Source of the DNA: Acanthaster planci
Lineage: Eukaryota
Assembly: GCF_001949145.1 (NCBI RefSeq)
Contig: NW_019091359.1
Location: 827,838 to 891,837 of the forward strand
Reading direction: 5' to 3'
DNA length: 64,000 bases
Below the pieces are notes generated by a model, which was not told where the DNA came from, did not search any database, and saw nothing but the letters and a program-made list of their open reading frames with translations. Positions within the stretch are counted from its first letter, which is position 1. Each line of letters begins with the position of its first letter. A program made the translations under genes and the position numbers. Below are positions 1-13,500 of the stretch, one piece after another.

Positions 1-1789
1 CCCATAAGAACAGGTGCACAATGTACATGTATAAATTTCCAGATCACAATTTTTGTGACCTACACTGTCTTTATGATATGCCAATGAATCACTGTATACA
101 TGCATGTAAGACTCTTTTCACTGCTATAGATCGTATTTGATGAAACAAAATTCTTTATCAAGACTGAGTTTTTTCACTGTACATGGAATACCATTGTCAT
201 ACTCTGATGAAGAGCCTTACAAATGATTAAAAAGCTAGAAAACTACAACTGGACAATCCATGAATGCAAATTTTGCTTGTGTTCTTTTTGAGCAGGCAAC
301 GGTAACACAAAAGTATTGATTGTATTTGTGCCACAGTGGCCTGTTTGCAACTTCTGAAATTGAGCAATTTAGCTGCTTTAACATCATTCAGGCAATTGCG
401 ACACCAAGGTCTATGGCCAGCATGCAGTAAACAGGAGGGCAATTTTTGACTTATTCACACCCCAGCTCAATTTGGGGGCATTTTCTTCTGGCACGACCCC
501 CATGAACAGATTTGAAGAGAGTATCTTTTAACCAACGCCCCCATTGGGGTTCCTTTCTCACTTTCTTTTATCATCTACGATGATCATTTGTTCCACTGTG
601 CCCAGACCTTGGAGACGTTCTCCTAAGAGTCCAGCTTTGTTTGTGCACCTCTGTTCTTTGGAGTTGTCAGTCCGAGGCCGATTTGCCCCCATGCCTCAAT
701 AATGCTTTCATCCCCATTCAGCTGGGCCAATTTCACCCCCACCCTCCCCATTCCACAGGCTTCCTCTGGCCTGCCATCTAAAGCGGCTCTGTGGATAATC
801 CCATTATTGTATCTCAAAAGAGGAGGGACTACACGAAATGGCGGGAGGAAACAATGCAGAAGAAGAGGGGGTAGGGGAAGACTGTGAAATCAGTGTGTTA
901 GGTACCATACCATGGGGGATTGTTATTGCCCGGCTTGCTCAACAGATCAAGCTGAATAAGATCAATTGCTGTGAATCCATTGTTGGGCAACAGGGAAGGT
1001 ATGGATCTGTTTTGGGTGGTGGACAATGGGGACTTAACTGAGGTCCAGTTTATGGTTGGATGGCTGAGTGGATCCAGTCAGTGAAAGGGAAATCAAACTG
1101 GCCATTCACACAATGAAATGAAGTCACACCTAACTCAAACTAAAAGGTTCTGACACAAACTTGCGTTCAGGAGACTTTTATTACCTACTTGTAAGCCACC
1201 TGGAGGTTCAGGTTTTGATAAAGTATAGATACAATACAGTAAACAAGCAGCGATGCATATTGCCTCAAATACTGGTACATGTACATGTATGTCTAGGAGA
1301 AGTGTCATGCCCATAATATTATTCAAATTTATTACAATGTAAATGTATATGCAACAAGTACCATGTCAAACTACAGTCAAACCTCATTAATAAGAGCACC
1401 CTTAAAACAGGAGTCTGCTTATAACAAGGATAACCATAGGTCCCAATCCTTTGTTTATCACTGTTTTTGTTCCTGATAATACAAAGGTTCCTGTTGAGGT
1501 ATTTTGCCAAGTCCAAAGGGCCTCTTATTATCGAGGTTCAACTGTACATGTATGCCCCCCATGAGTATTTCTTAAAGCTGTTTTAAGAATGCAAGCAGGC
1601 AGCTGGATGCCAAGAAAACATGAGAGCTTCAAGCATCAAGAATCAACAAGTTCTTGTGATTCCACAGGAATTTGTGTTAAAAATAAATAGCAACAATTTC
1701 TTGCACTTTCAAACCAAAAGAGCTGTTCTTCATGTTGGCAATAAATGAGTGCAGACTGGCGCAGTAAGTCATTACTTAATTCTACCCAG

Positions 1790-1875
1790 ATTATAATACA
1801 TTATATTATAATATACTATTATTAGTATTATTATTATATTATAATATAATATTATAATATATTGTATTATAATAC
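1790..1875. repeat. AT-rich low-complexity tract (TAT/ATA degenerate microsatellite)
   Basis: About 85 nt almost entirely A/T. Confidence 0.85.
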
Positions 1876-4800
1876 ACGTCGTAACTTGTTTTGACATGCA
1901 TCAGACACGCAATACAGCTGGTAAGACTTTCATGTACTGAGTACATGTGTACCAGTGAAGTAGAATTAACATTTTCAATGAAAACCCCTAGGTGTATTTT
2001 CACGAAAAATCAAGTGACAGCATATGGTCCCTCGCATTCTGTAAGCACCTACGCACAAGTGCCATGGCATGTCTCATAAAATATTCCCAGGCAAACTATT
2101 GCTCCATCCCCTCATTAGAATGTCTAGCCCACTATTTTTTTCTCTCTCAGGGCAAAAATTTCTAATCTTATTCTGTACGGTTGTGTAGCTCTCAAAAGGG
2201 CTGGCCAGGCCCCTTTTTCTTTCTCTCTTTTTTCAAGCTGTGTGCACCACAAAAATACCCAAAGGGAAAGTGCAGCGGTAAGATTCAAGCGCAAAGTGCT
2301 ACGACCCCTGGAGTAACATGGCAGCAGTGGCACAAGCGCACATTGCAATCTATACTCGGCACTCTTCAAAGAATTTCAGTAAAATGTACACATGCATGCA
2401 TGCACAAGTGATGTTGTCTTTTAGAGCAACAAAGTGTGATGTACATGTACATATTTCAACAAACATAACCACAGGTATTGATCCATACACATGTACTAGT
2501 ACATGAACAGCATTCTGAATGGTTGATCATGCTACCAACATAATTTGCACACCATGAATGCACACGTCATTGTGGCATTTAGGGACGTAAATGCTGCAGT
2601 AAATTGGGTTTGGAGCCCTCCAAGGCAAAACCAGTAAAAACATCAGTCTACTACATGCCTGGACACACTACTCAGCACATGCAGGCATTATTCATACCTG
2701 ATACTTTTCTGATGCAAGCTTGTAGCATCAGAGCCCACCTGATGACCAGCACTGACATGTTTAAGCATTGGGCCTTGGTAAAGAAGTGGTACAGTGTACA
2801 TGTGTAGCTAGGTGGAGAGGCCAGGAGGGGCTCTGTAAATCTGTTCTCACTTCCCACAGCCAACACTTTAATTTGATGGGAACCCATGAAGATGACCTGC
2901 TTGGGTAAAGACCATCAGGCCAGGACAAAGGCATTCCTAGACTTCTCCAGATTTTTTGGCAAAACTCTTCTCTCTTGTTTTCTCAGAAACAAAGTGGAAA
3001 AGCCAGGGCAAATTTTTAAAGGGAATCCATCACGAGTCAATTAAATCACAAGCCTGGTCATAAGTACCAGGGGACAAGCAATGACAAAAGAATGTATTTG
3101 CTACAATTCATTTGAACAGCTTCTAATGACCCGACTTCAGATTGCATGACGTGTGATGGCCTTGCAAGATACATGTAGTCTTGAATACTTACTGTATTGG
3201 GGCAAGGGATTTTCTAGAGCAACCAAGACAGGAATGCACACATGTAATTGCACTGAGAATATCATCAATTTTGAAATTCTCCATACCCCCCTTGCCTAAA
3301 TCCAAAGAATAACATTTACTCTCCTCTTTCTAAGTTTTGCCAACACTGGAGAAGTTACCAGGCAACTATACACTTGGTACTGGCCACCCACTCTACTCAC
3401 GTATGTTTCCTTCTTTGGCTTAGTTTTGCTTGTTGTTCAGGGTCATACACTGGAACACCAGTGAGCTTTTGTGATGGAAACGAGATGTCTGATGGATGAT
3501 TTTGTTAGTCACTGATCTTATGTAATCAAATATGCAGTAGCCTTTTCGAGCAGTGAAAATTTGTTTATTTCTTCTCTCCCTGTAAATCAAATCAACATAT
3601 TCTAGCGACCGGGGTTTTCACAAGAATGTGAAACACATAATTATGAAGCCAGCGTTGAGCTAAAGGTCATCCTCAAGGTCATTAGCTTATAGAGGTTTTT
3701 TAAAGCCAGATTTACATACTTAAAAATCTGGCTCGCTGTGATTTTATTCTGTCACAGCGATTTATTGTGTAACCGAAAGTCCACTTGACATTCGAATAGT
3801 GCAGAATTTAGTAGGGTTTAATGGTGTCAAAAAATCAGTTTATGACATGTCAAGGATTGATGCTGGTTTCTAATGATGATGTTGCATAAAATGGCTCAAT
3901 ATTACTTTAAAAAATCTTCTACTTTTCGCTGTAGCAAGTGTATCATTACTCTAATGTCCACTGCAAGTACATGTGTATATATGTGGGGTACATCTTCAGG
4001 AAACCCTAACAAGAAATATTTTTAATGGTTTACGTTGTACTCCATGTTGGCGACACGCGGTGCAGCATCTTCATGTGAGACTACAGGCACGTACATGTAC
4101 AAGTATCCGAGTCGACACTGGCTACAGCTCTCCACCTTTGCCTCTTTTGATCAAAATGCTTGGGTGGCTATTTTGCCTGTCCCCAACTCCTTGGCACAAC
4201 GTCAAGGTGACACAGCACTATAAAGCTGGGACTTTTTCAGTTCAGCAACAGATTCAGGATAACATACATGTATACGGCAGGTCTACATGTACACGTACTT
4301 GTATAAGGTGCAGACTCTTTGGATCCTGAAACACACATGAACATACAGGCAGATTCCAATCTGGAGTGCCATGACTGGCTGTACTGCAGTATGCATGAGC
4401 ACATTCCTGAAGTACTGGCAAATGATTAAACAGTTTATTTCTGTGTGCGTAAAACAATCCTCACTTTTCCCGACAAGGGAAATTTATACCAGCTGTTTGG
4501 AATTATAACTTTACAAGATGTTTGATGAAACCAAGCCTGTCATTTCCAATGTTCACTACATCCAGTCACTATCACAATTCAAACCAAAAAACTGTGAAAT
4601 CCTCAGAGTTTTTAGCGGTCTAATTTTCATCTCATTCAGGAGCCATTGACCATAAAACACTCCACAAAACACATGTAGCTCGGCCCCACACCACCAGGGG
4701 AGTTCACCTCAATCAAGGGCAGTGGACGACCCCTGAACTCTTGGGGTAAAAAACCCTTAGCCAGCTCTATTTTGATAGAAACCTGAATTTTTGCCACTGA

Positions 4801-6014
4801 CAAGTAAGGGCCCATTAATCAAATCTTTCGTGCACCCTATAGTCCTCTGGGTGCTACCCAAGCAAATGTTACAAGTACACAAAATATCCAAACAGTGCAC
4901 TTTGATGGTACCTGTAAAAATCCAAAAATAACCCAAGTACTTACATGTGTAAACATCTGTCTGAGGCTATGAACTACATGTAGCTATGATAGTGTGGTGT
5001 ATAATCTTGGACACTTCAAGCAAAGCAGTAAGCAGTGGCTGGGCACAGTGGCTACAGTACCTGTCCCTGCGAGGATGTTGGAGGGTTGTACAAACGGCAA
5101 TGACATTGTAGACATACCCTCACCGGGACCATTAGCAAGAAAATACTAGAGTATGGGGTCAGGAAAGCTATTGCATCAGGTGGTAGATGTCAGTTTGCAC
5201 AGAAGAGGCTGAGACTCAGAGAGAGAAATATGAGGTCCTGCAGATGCAATGTACCAAAGAACCTTCATAATGAGAATATGTGTACATGTACATGTAGGTG
5301 TGCACTTGTAAGAGCAGAAATGTGTTTGACATCCCTTTTTTTCTGATAAGGCAGTTCTAGAATTCAAGGGTCCCTAAGGTTTGACCCCTCGGGATCACTC
5401 GCTACCCCCCTGGAAAAATTCACCCACTCATTACACACGCATTTCAAAAACCAACACTTGAAGTACAGTAAAAGCTAATGGAAGGGTTAAAAGTACAAAA
5501 TGATTCTCCTACCCAGTACATGTATGTACATATGGACATGCAGCTATTTCATAAACAACTGTGAAATATAATTCTATACAATGTGAAAACTTTGACATTG
5601 TTTTTGTTTTAATTTGATATTTGCCAGATGGCTACGTCAAGTCACAACTGTGTAGAGTAGTCTAGGAATCAGTTTTAACTTCCTACAATGCACACCACAT
5701 CAGGAAATGGTATGAGCAGATGTTGTGTTGCATTTGGTGTACTGTTAAAGTGTTTTAAATATGCTTGAAAATCTGTAACTGAGTTCAACATGCTGTCAAG
5801 GAACATTAAGTTGTGGTTAGAGGTATCATGTGCCCTGGTCTGAAACTGTGGAATTATTATAAGTATGTACACGTAGCAAAGACACACAATGCTCTGAAAT
5901 TAAGTACAGTACGAAACACCGTTATCTACACCAATAAAAATACTTTGAAATGATCCTTCGGTAAAGCCTTTATAGCTGCATATCAGGCATTCTTTCCAAA
6001 AGCCCTGTGTCACT

Positions 6015-6383
6015 AATAAGCCACTTGCAAGTTAAATTTGAATAAAATCTGGTACACTGTCAGTGTGTTATCTGATTGCACAGAAACATAACAATTTGAA
6101 TTCCCAAGACTAAAGACACTGTTGCTACACCTTGTGATTCAGTACAAGCTTTTGCATAGCAACCACCATCTCTGGAATGGACTGGTTCCTTTGTGCCATT
6201 CTTATCCATTGAGAACAGTGTATTGTTGCAAGGCTTCTCTTATGTAACTAAGCAAAAGCTTGCCCCAAATCACGAGGTATAGCAACAGTGGTTTTAGTAT
6301 GGAGAATTCAGGTTATGTTCATGTGAATTTAAAGAATTCAGTGTACCAGATTTTATTCAAATTTAACTCGCAAATGGCTTATT
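6015..6383. mobile_element. MITE with long terminal inverted repeats (family A, copy 1)
   Basis: AATAAGCCACTTGCAAGTTAAATTTGAATAAAATCTGGTACACTG pairs with CAGTGTACCAGATTTTATTCAAATTTAACTCGCAAATGGCTTATT; arms extend about 140 nt; second copy at 57.8 kb. Confidence 0.85.
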
Positions 6384-7305
6384 TGCATATCTTAATGATA
6401 CACTAAATTTGAATCAACCCCCCCCCCTTTTTGTTCAATGCAAGTGCTTCATCTGACAGCAATGAGTGAAGAAGATGTGTGCTCACGGGGCTTACACAGA
6501 ACTGCAGCCCAAATCGTGATTGTTAATACCACTGTACAAATTTTTAATCCTTAGCAACTGGCAAAGAAAAATATTCATTTCAGCACTGCACAAAAATTTA
6601 CAGATCTAAACAGTAGGTGCCTGCAAAAATGTGCGATTAGCTGAAACTTTGACGTAATATTTAACATTTGCCAGCTGCTGCCGGAACTCCGAGTAACAAG
6701 ATATCTTTTCATGGCGAGTCATGACTGAATCGCTGTAAAAAGAATGGGCATGCTAAGGACATATGTACAGGTTCCGGTACATGTAATATCACACTGTAAC
6801 GGTATTGCGCACAATGTGCTACACTGTATGTACATGTACATGTATTTGTCACCATCTACAGCAAGTCTGTAGGCATGGAGGATTTTTATTCCTCCATTCT
6901 GTGGGCACTGAGTAAATGACATCATCTATGAGTGCATGTATGTACATGTATACACACGTACATGTACATTATATGTACACCCCCCATGTTAAAATGTTTG
7001 GAATGTGGTTAGTGCAGTCAAAGGCCTGAAAATGCAACATACTGACACACACCCATCCCGGGCCGAGTTAATTTACATGTATATTAATGAATATGTCCAA
7101 ATCTCCATACTTTAAATTTGTAATATTTGGTCGTACCGAATTCCCACAAATTGACAAATGTGGTGAAGTGATGATTTATGTTTGTGTGGTGGTCTACTCG
7201 CACCTCAGTGAGTTTCAGGACACAACAGTCCATCCCCTAAAGAAGGGTGGCAGTCCAACTCTTGGTCATGATGATTTGCAGGTAAATTTATTCCCTTCTA
7301 CACAT

Positions 7306-7561
7306 ATGTGTAATTCCATGATCAAGCAATTAGGGGTCCAAAAGTGTGACATTTTTGTGTCCCTGTTACATCTGACCTTTGTTATTTGAAATGGAAATAT
7401 CATCGGAACTGATTTCAAACTAATACTATTCGTTTGGCAGGTAACTGGCATTAATTCATCGCTCTTGGAAATTAGAAAATGTGTTCTGAAGTTACAAAAT
7501 CAAATGTCAGATGTGACAGGGACTCAAAAAAATGGACCCCCTACTTTCTGGAATTACCCAT
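7306..7561. mobile_element. MITE with imperfect inverted arms of about 60-70 nt
   Basis: ATGTGTAATTCCA...TAGGGGTCCA...GTCCCTGTTACATCTGAC pairs with GTCAGATGTGACAGGGAC...TGGACCCCCTA...TGGAATTACCCAT. Confidence 0.75.
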
Positions 7562-10500
7562 GTACATGCAGATCATGCACAAGAAAGTACATGTAAAAGA
7601 AGAAAACTGGAAGAACAACGCTTTGGCTTTACTTTGGGAAATATGATCAGCTGCCACTAAGTTTACTCACAACACCTTGAAATTTGCTTTTAGAATCCAA
7701 ATTTGCAACCAACTAGGCCTACAATGTATGTAAATACTTTTTCCCTCTTGATTTCATTAATTTTCAACTCCGGAACTTTCATTTCAAAATAAAAATATTT
7801 TTCATGGGATCAGATATTTGTATTTTTGCAAAGCCATTGATCAATCCTGGTTATTAACAGATAAACAGAATGCTACAAATGAAAATGTCTGCTTCATGTC
7901 AGTAGATGCCATCAGGTACATGTATAAGGACTTGCTTTTTTGTGCATAGTTGTTGGGGGGGGCTTTCAAGAGCACTGTGATTTATATACAACCGAGACAA
8001 AGTGACAAAGTCCATATTTTGCCCTACACAATACATGGCGTACGATACCCATATGGACAGCGTGCTTTATGAAACCACCCACATACACTTGCAATGATTC
8101 ATTTTCGCATTTGTCCAACAAATAAACAAAAAAAAAAAGGACAAAAACCGGGCAAGAGGAGAAGGCCAGGACCAGAATTTCAGAAAGGCCATCGTTAAAG
8201 AATGTCCTGTGACTCAACTTTATGGCCCTATAAACGAAGGAAGCTGGCTGCCACATCCCACCAGTTTGTTGGTCCTCTGGCAAAGCAAATATTTACCCCA
8301 ACAAAACATGTCGCCAGCTGGTGAAAAAAAGAAGAGAGAAAATGGCAGGGGCACAAAACTATGCACATTTTATGACTGGGAGAAGCTGCTTTCAACACCA
8401 CTTGCAATGCCAGAATTTTTAACAAAAATGTTCGAACAACGTTTACTGCTGCAAGCAAGAATGTGAGCGTGGCAAATCTCATCTGTCCTGACACCCACTC
8501 GGAATTTCCCATCCATCAAGTCCATTCAAACGTCAGTCATTATCACAACATTCAACAAGTTAATTCCGCCAGAGGCCCCCACCCCCCAGACACAACTCCA
8601 CCTGCACATTTCTGTCACACAAGATTGTTTTAACCTGGACAAAGGCATGTTAGCCTTCGGGTACATGAATGCGGAACTTGTCAGTCCACATTTGTAAAGT
8701 TTTCACAGTGTCAAGATAAACTACAAGTACATGTACATGTACATGCGTCTCTGAACATAAACTCTCTTTTTTGATCATTAAATCATCATAAACTCTGAAA
8801 CCGCGCAGAGCAAGAAACACTGAAATAAACAGCCGACTTCCCTGAAAGCAAGGGTACTGTTCATGTGCTCCTCAGTATTTTTGCACCATTTTCAACTCCA
8901 TACATGTACATGTGAGTACATCTGTCAAATCCAAGCACAACCCCAATCAATTCTTTTTAAATTGGCAATGCTTGACAGGAAAGAACATAGACCCTTCACT
9001 TTCAGTAAGACATCACAAGGTCGTCTTGACATTTCCTAATGGTAGAAGATTAAACAAACACCCAAAATCCACGGCAGGAAATTTATTGGTCAGAGTCAAA
9101 CTTTTTTATCTTAAAAATTAACAAAAGAATTTAAATCCAGTTAGTGCCTGATTTATGGTTCCTGTTTAAAACCGCAATGAGTACAATGCCAAAAACAAAA
9201 TCTCACTTAAGCCCTCAATGATGCTGGTTTTCGCTGCGTGACACACTCAATGTGGTAACAGGGTAGGAAAAACTTGGAAGGTGAACACTGATACCCCAAA
9301 TGTCAGTTTTCATCGAGGTGTTTGAGGAGAAAGATGACGTTTGCGCTCAGCCTTAACAACCTCAAGCCAAAGGCAGAAGTACATTTAAGCCCTGCACCAT
9401 GCCACAATGCCAAGGAAAGTTGAAAAAAGGTCAAAAATCAGCGACCGCGGGCCACCAAGCCACATGTAACCATAACAAGGCTTTTTTATTTACTCTCCCT
9501 TGAGAAGGCAAGAGGACAAGTAACGAACCAACGATCATTTTTTCCCCCTTGCATTTCATCTCCCATGGACTGCTTTTTTTTTCCTCCCCTCCTGTTGGCT
9601 TGTTGACTGTTCAAATACTCTGGGACAAAAGGAGAGCCAGTGCGTTCCTGGCTTACTCCTCCAGTGGAACCAAACACAAGCGGGGGCTTGGAACAACAAA
9701 TTTAACCAGGCTGCCCGAGCAAACAGACCAATCCCTGAATTTCGTTGGCGGGGTGCAATCCGTCCTGATACCCAAGCACCATGGGACAGGTCTTTTCATA
9801 AATCGCTGCTGTGGACAGATTTTCAAATCCCCTAGCACTTCTGGTGGTTAATCTCAAGAACTTACATAGGTAATGGCACATTGCCAGACCCACTGAGGAA
9901 GGGGGGACTAGTAAAAAAAAATTGGTCTACTAGCTCTCGAAAGAATAATAAGAGACAGCATACTCGGACCCACAAATACCAGGTAAAAATTCCTTAGCAT
10001 GGATGTCTCACAATAGCCGTGTCGAAGATTAGCCATTAGAGAAAAGGGGACGGGAATGGTGTTTGCCTTTTGGAGACTTGGTGTGAAACACGGCATTGTT
10101 GTGAACGAGCTTTGTCTGGGATTTATTTATTCACGAAAGCCCAAAATGGATGAGTTATGCACACAATACACACATGCACACTGTGCAAACCCCGAGTACA
10201 TTGAACAGTACCAGTGCTTACATGTACCAGAATGAACAACATTTAACTTGTAAGCAGAACAAAACATTGTATTTTTAAGGCAAATATTTCTCTATGACAA
10301 CCACTATCATATCCAAAACTGTAAACCAAAAAAATTATGTACAAACAATGCGTGAAGTAATCTGAGTGTCACCAACCCGAGGACTCTTTTCCTCAGAAGC
10401 AAACCTATTTTTATTTTCCTATCAGTACCCAGCAGTGCTCATAATGAATGACACTGTTCCAATTTATCAGTACATGAACCAAGTACTGATATGCATGTGC

Positions 10501-13500
10501 ATGTACGCGCCCATGAAGACTGGCTGATTCCAACCTTCTGCTGGGATTGCTTCAGACTCTCCCCAAGATTGCAAAGATTCATAATTCTATTCAGAATTAA
10601 CTGCAACTTTCTTAGCTGAAAGAAAAGACGGGGGAGGGACAAACTTCAACACAGCCCACTGATGACTTTCACGACATGAGCTCATTAATGGACAATTGCA
10701 ATTACTCTTTGTTACAAGATTATTCACCATTTAATAAAATTTGTTCTAACTTTAAAAAGCCAAAGCATTGACAGAAAATGACCATAAGCACATTGAATAA
10801 AAAAAACCTCAACTGAATTGTTTTTTCACTAGAACTACCTGACTTAGCACACTTTACATGTACACTGACATACCGGCACATGTACATGTACAGTACATGG
10901 ACATGTATGCTGGGCCCTCCCTGGAATCAGGTTTTCAGGCTCCAGAAATGGTGACTATAGAGGGTCAAATTGTCAAAAGAGGTCCTAAGCCTACACCTAC
11001 TTCACAACTGCTGCATTTATCCAACTTTGGTCAAAAACAGGGATGTCTCTTTTTAGAACACATTACCACACATATTATATATTTCATGACTGTCTATGCA
11101 GTTACACTTTTGTACACTTTGCACTTTTAGGACTAAATGTATAGATCTGAGATTTGCAAACTCCTGAGAAATTACTGAAATTCCACAAACATTAAGGAGT
11201 TTTGAGCATTTTCCTCAAAATGGTTGGGGGAGATTACAGGCTGTAGTGTGGTTTTGAACCCTTGTGAAGCCAAAGTGTGGGAGTCAGAGCAGCCAGAGGG
11301 CCAAAAAATGTTTTTACTTGCTAGAGATTTCTGGATTGGTCATGAAAATGCACCTAGATTTTTTTGGCTTAAATACTGGTACAATAAACATGAGCATTCA
11401 CTTAATGAATTTCATTAATTTTAAGAGAAGTTTGACTTAAAAAAGAAACAAAAGCTTTTTTAAACAAACACTTTCAACCCAAAATTTTGAAAATCGCTAT
11501 TCTCAGACTACTTGTACATGTCTTTAAAGCAGGAAAATATTTCTCGTATATTATTATCTCAGAAAACTATTAAGTCCTGCTCATTAAAATCACCTCAGGG
11601 AGGAAACTGAAGCCATACCATGCCAAACCACTGTTAATAAATCTGTTTTTGCAGCCATGCATCTTGGAAACTGAACATTTTTGGTCTACCAAGAGAGCAA
11701 AATTCAACTTTTCCTAATCACCACATGTGCTTGCTGTGAACAGTTTTATGAGCATGCTATTCTCATCAGGTTTAAAATGAAAAAACAATCAGCCTGATTC
11801 ATATGAATTCTCATGATATGCCCAATCTTGAGCATGGAAAACCCTTGGTATGTAGGCCACAGACGCCACCTGGGGAAACAATGATTTACCTGCACACAAA
11901 TAAATAAGCGACCAGTGTAACTGATATGTCTTGCCTTGTTCAACCATACCCTTACAGAAAAGTGGACAACTTTCCCTTGCTGAGCACCCGGGAACAGGAA
12001 AAACTTGGCCTCTCCCATTTTTTGGCAAGGTTTTTCACCTTTGACCACTTGGGAGGGTAGTGCAAACCTACAAATGACATTGACAAGCTACTGCCATCTG
12101 ACAAATCTGTGACTTTCTTAGAACTTCACAGGCCAATGCAAGAATTGACTGAAGTCATCAAAAATCTTGTTTAAGAAAGCGTTTGAGTCACATTGACTTT
12201 TCAAATGATCTGCGAGCTTGCCAGATTCTGACAGTCTGAGATTGGTTCTGTACATTTTCCTTTGTTTTTATGCACTTCCCTATAGAAAGTGTTGAGTATG
12301 TTACGTACCAATACAATTGGTAACAGTAAATGTTGCAGTACATGGTATCCTGAATACCTGTGTACATGTGCATGCATTAGTACATACATTTCAGCCATTT
12401 ATCCAGTACATTCCCTGCGTTTTTCCCTAGGCAAGCCATTCACATTGATCTCTGGAAAGGTGTTAGGTTTAACTTATTCAATGGTTTATGTGAGTGACCT
12501 AACTTACACATGCATAATAATGGATGTTCTCCCACCCTAACGGGCTTGTGACTGTGAAAAACAATATATCATTTTACGTAAAAACTGACACAATTTGGAC
12601 ACCTGTCAGATCTACTAAAACACATACATTTCTGAGGACATCTTAATTGGGTACATGGTTTGAACACTTTCCTCTCTGGAGACAAAAGATCAGAACAGGG
12701 AAAAATGCATCATTGCCACAACAATTTTGATGTATTAGCATTCTGGTCCCAGGGATGCAACACCTATAATTCTCCAGCTCTTCGAAGTTTGGGACAATTT
12801 ATGATCAACAGATGCACAGTGTCTGCACGCAATGCAAAAAATGAAAATCATACAGGTACTGCGCGAAGCAGTTTTTATTGGCCTACATGACCGTCAGCAA
12901 TTGGCTCCAGATACATGTTTTTTTTTAATGTGCTGGGGTTTGTCAAGCGAAAATCCCTTGAGCACAACAGGCAGGTAGTGGCAAGAGGTCCCAGTTTTTT
13001 TCATGAAACCAATTAAGATTTTCTGCTTAACTCACATTGGGAACCATCGCAAGGGAGACGTGGGAATAAGGCCACTGGGGAATCCTGTCACGCGACGATT
13101 TTGCTCCTATTGCAAAAAAAAAACGTTTTACCATCCAAATCAGGGACCAAATGTTGCATTGCACTATGCAAGCACAAACCCACATGCTTCAGAAATGTTG
13201 CTCAAGATCTCCTTAACACAAGAGAGAATATCTAGCAATGTTAAAACATGTACATGTATGTAAATTAGTGAGGAATGATCAACCAGTCACAAGTTGACAC
13301 TTAGAAGTTTACTTTTCCACAGCAAAACATACCCCAATATTGCAAAACCTCTGTTACAAAACATCAATTTCTGACAGGAAAGTACACTTTGTATTCCTTT
13401 CTTTGCTGGTTTCTGTGTTTTCCTAAAATGCTTTCAAACACTTCACAGATAACCAACAGACTTCTGTGTTTACTACATGTATGGATACTGGTTGCTTAAG

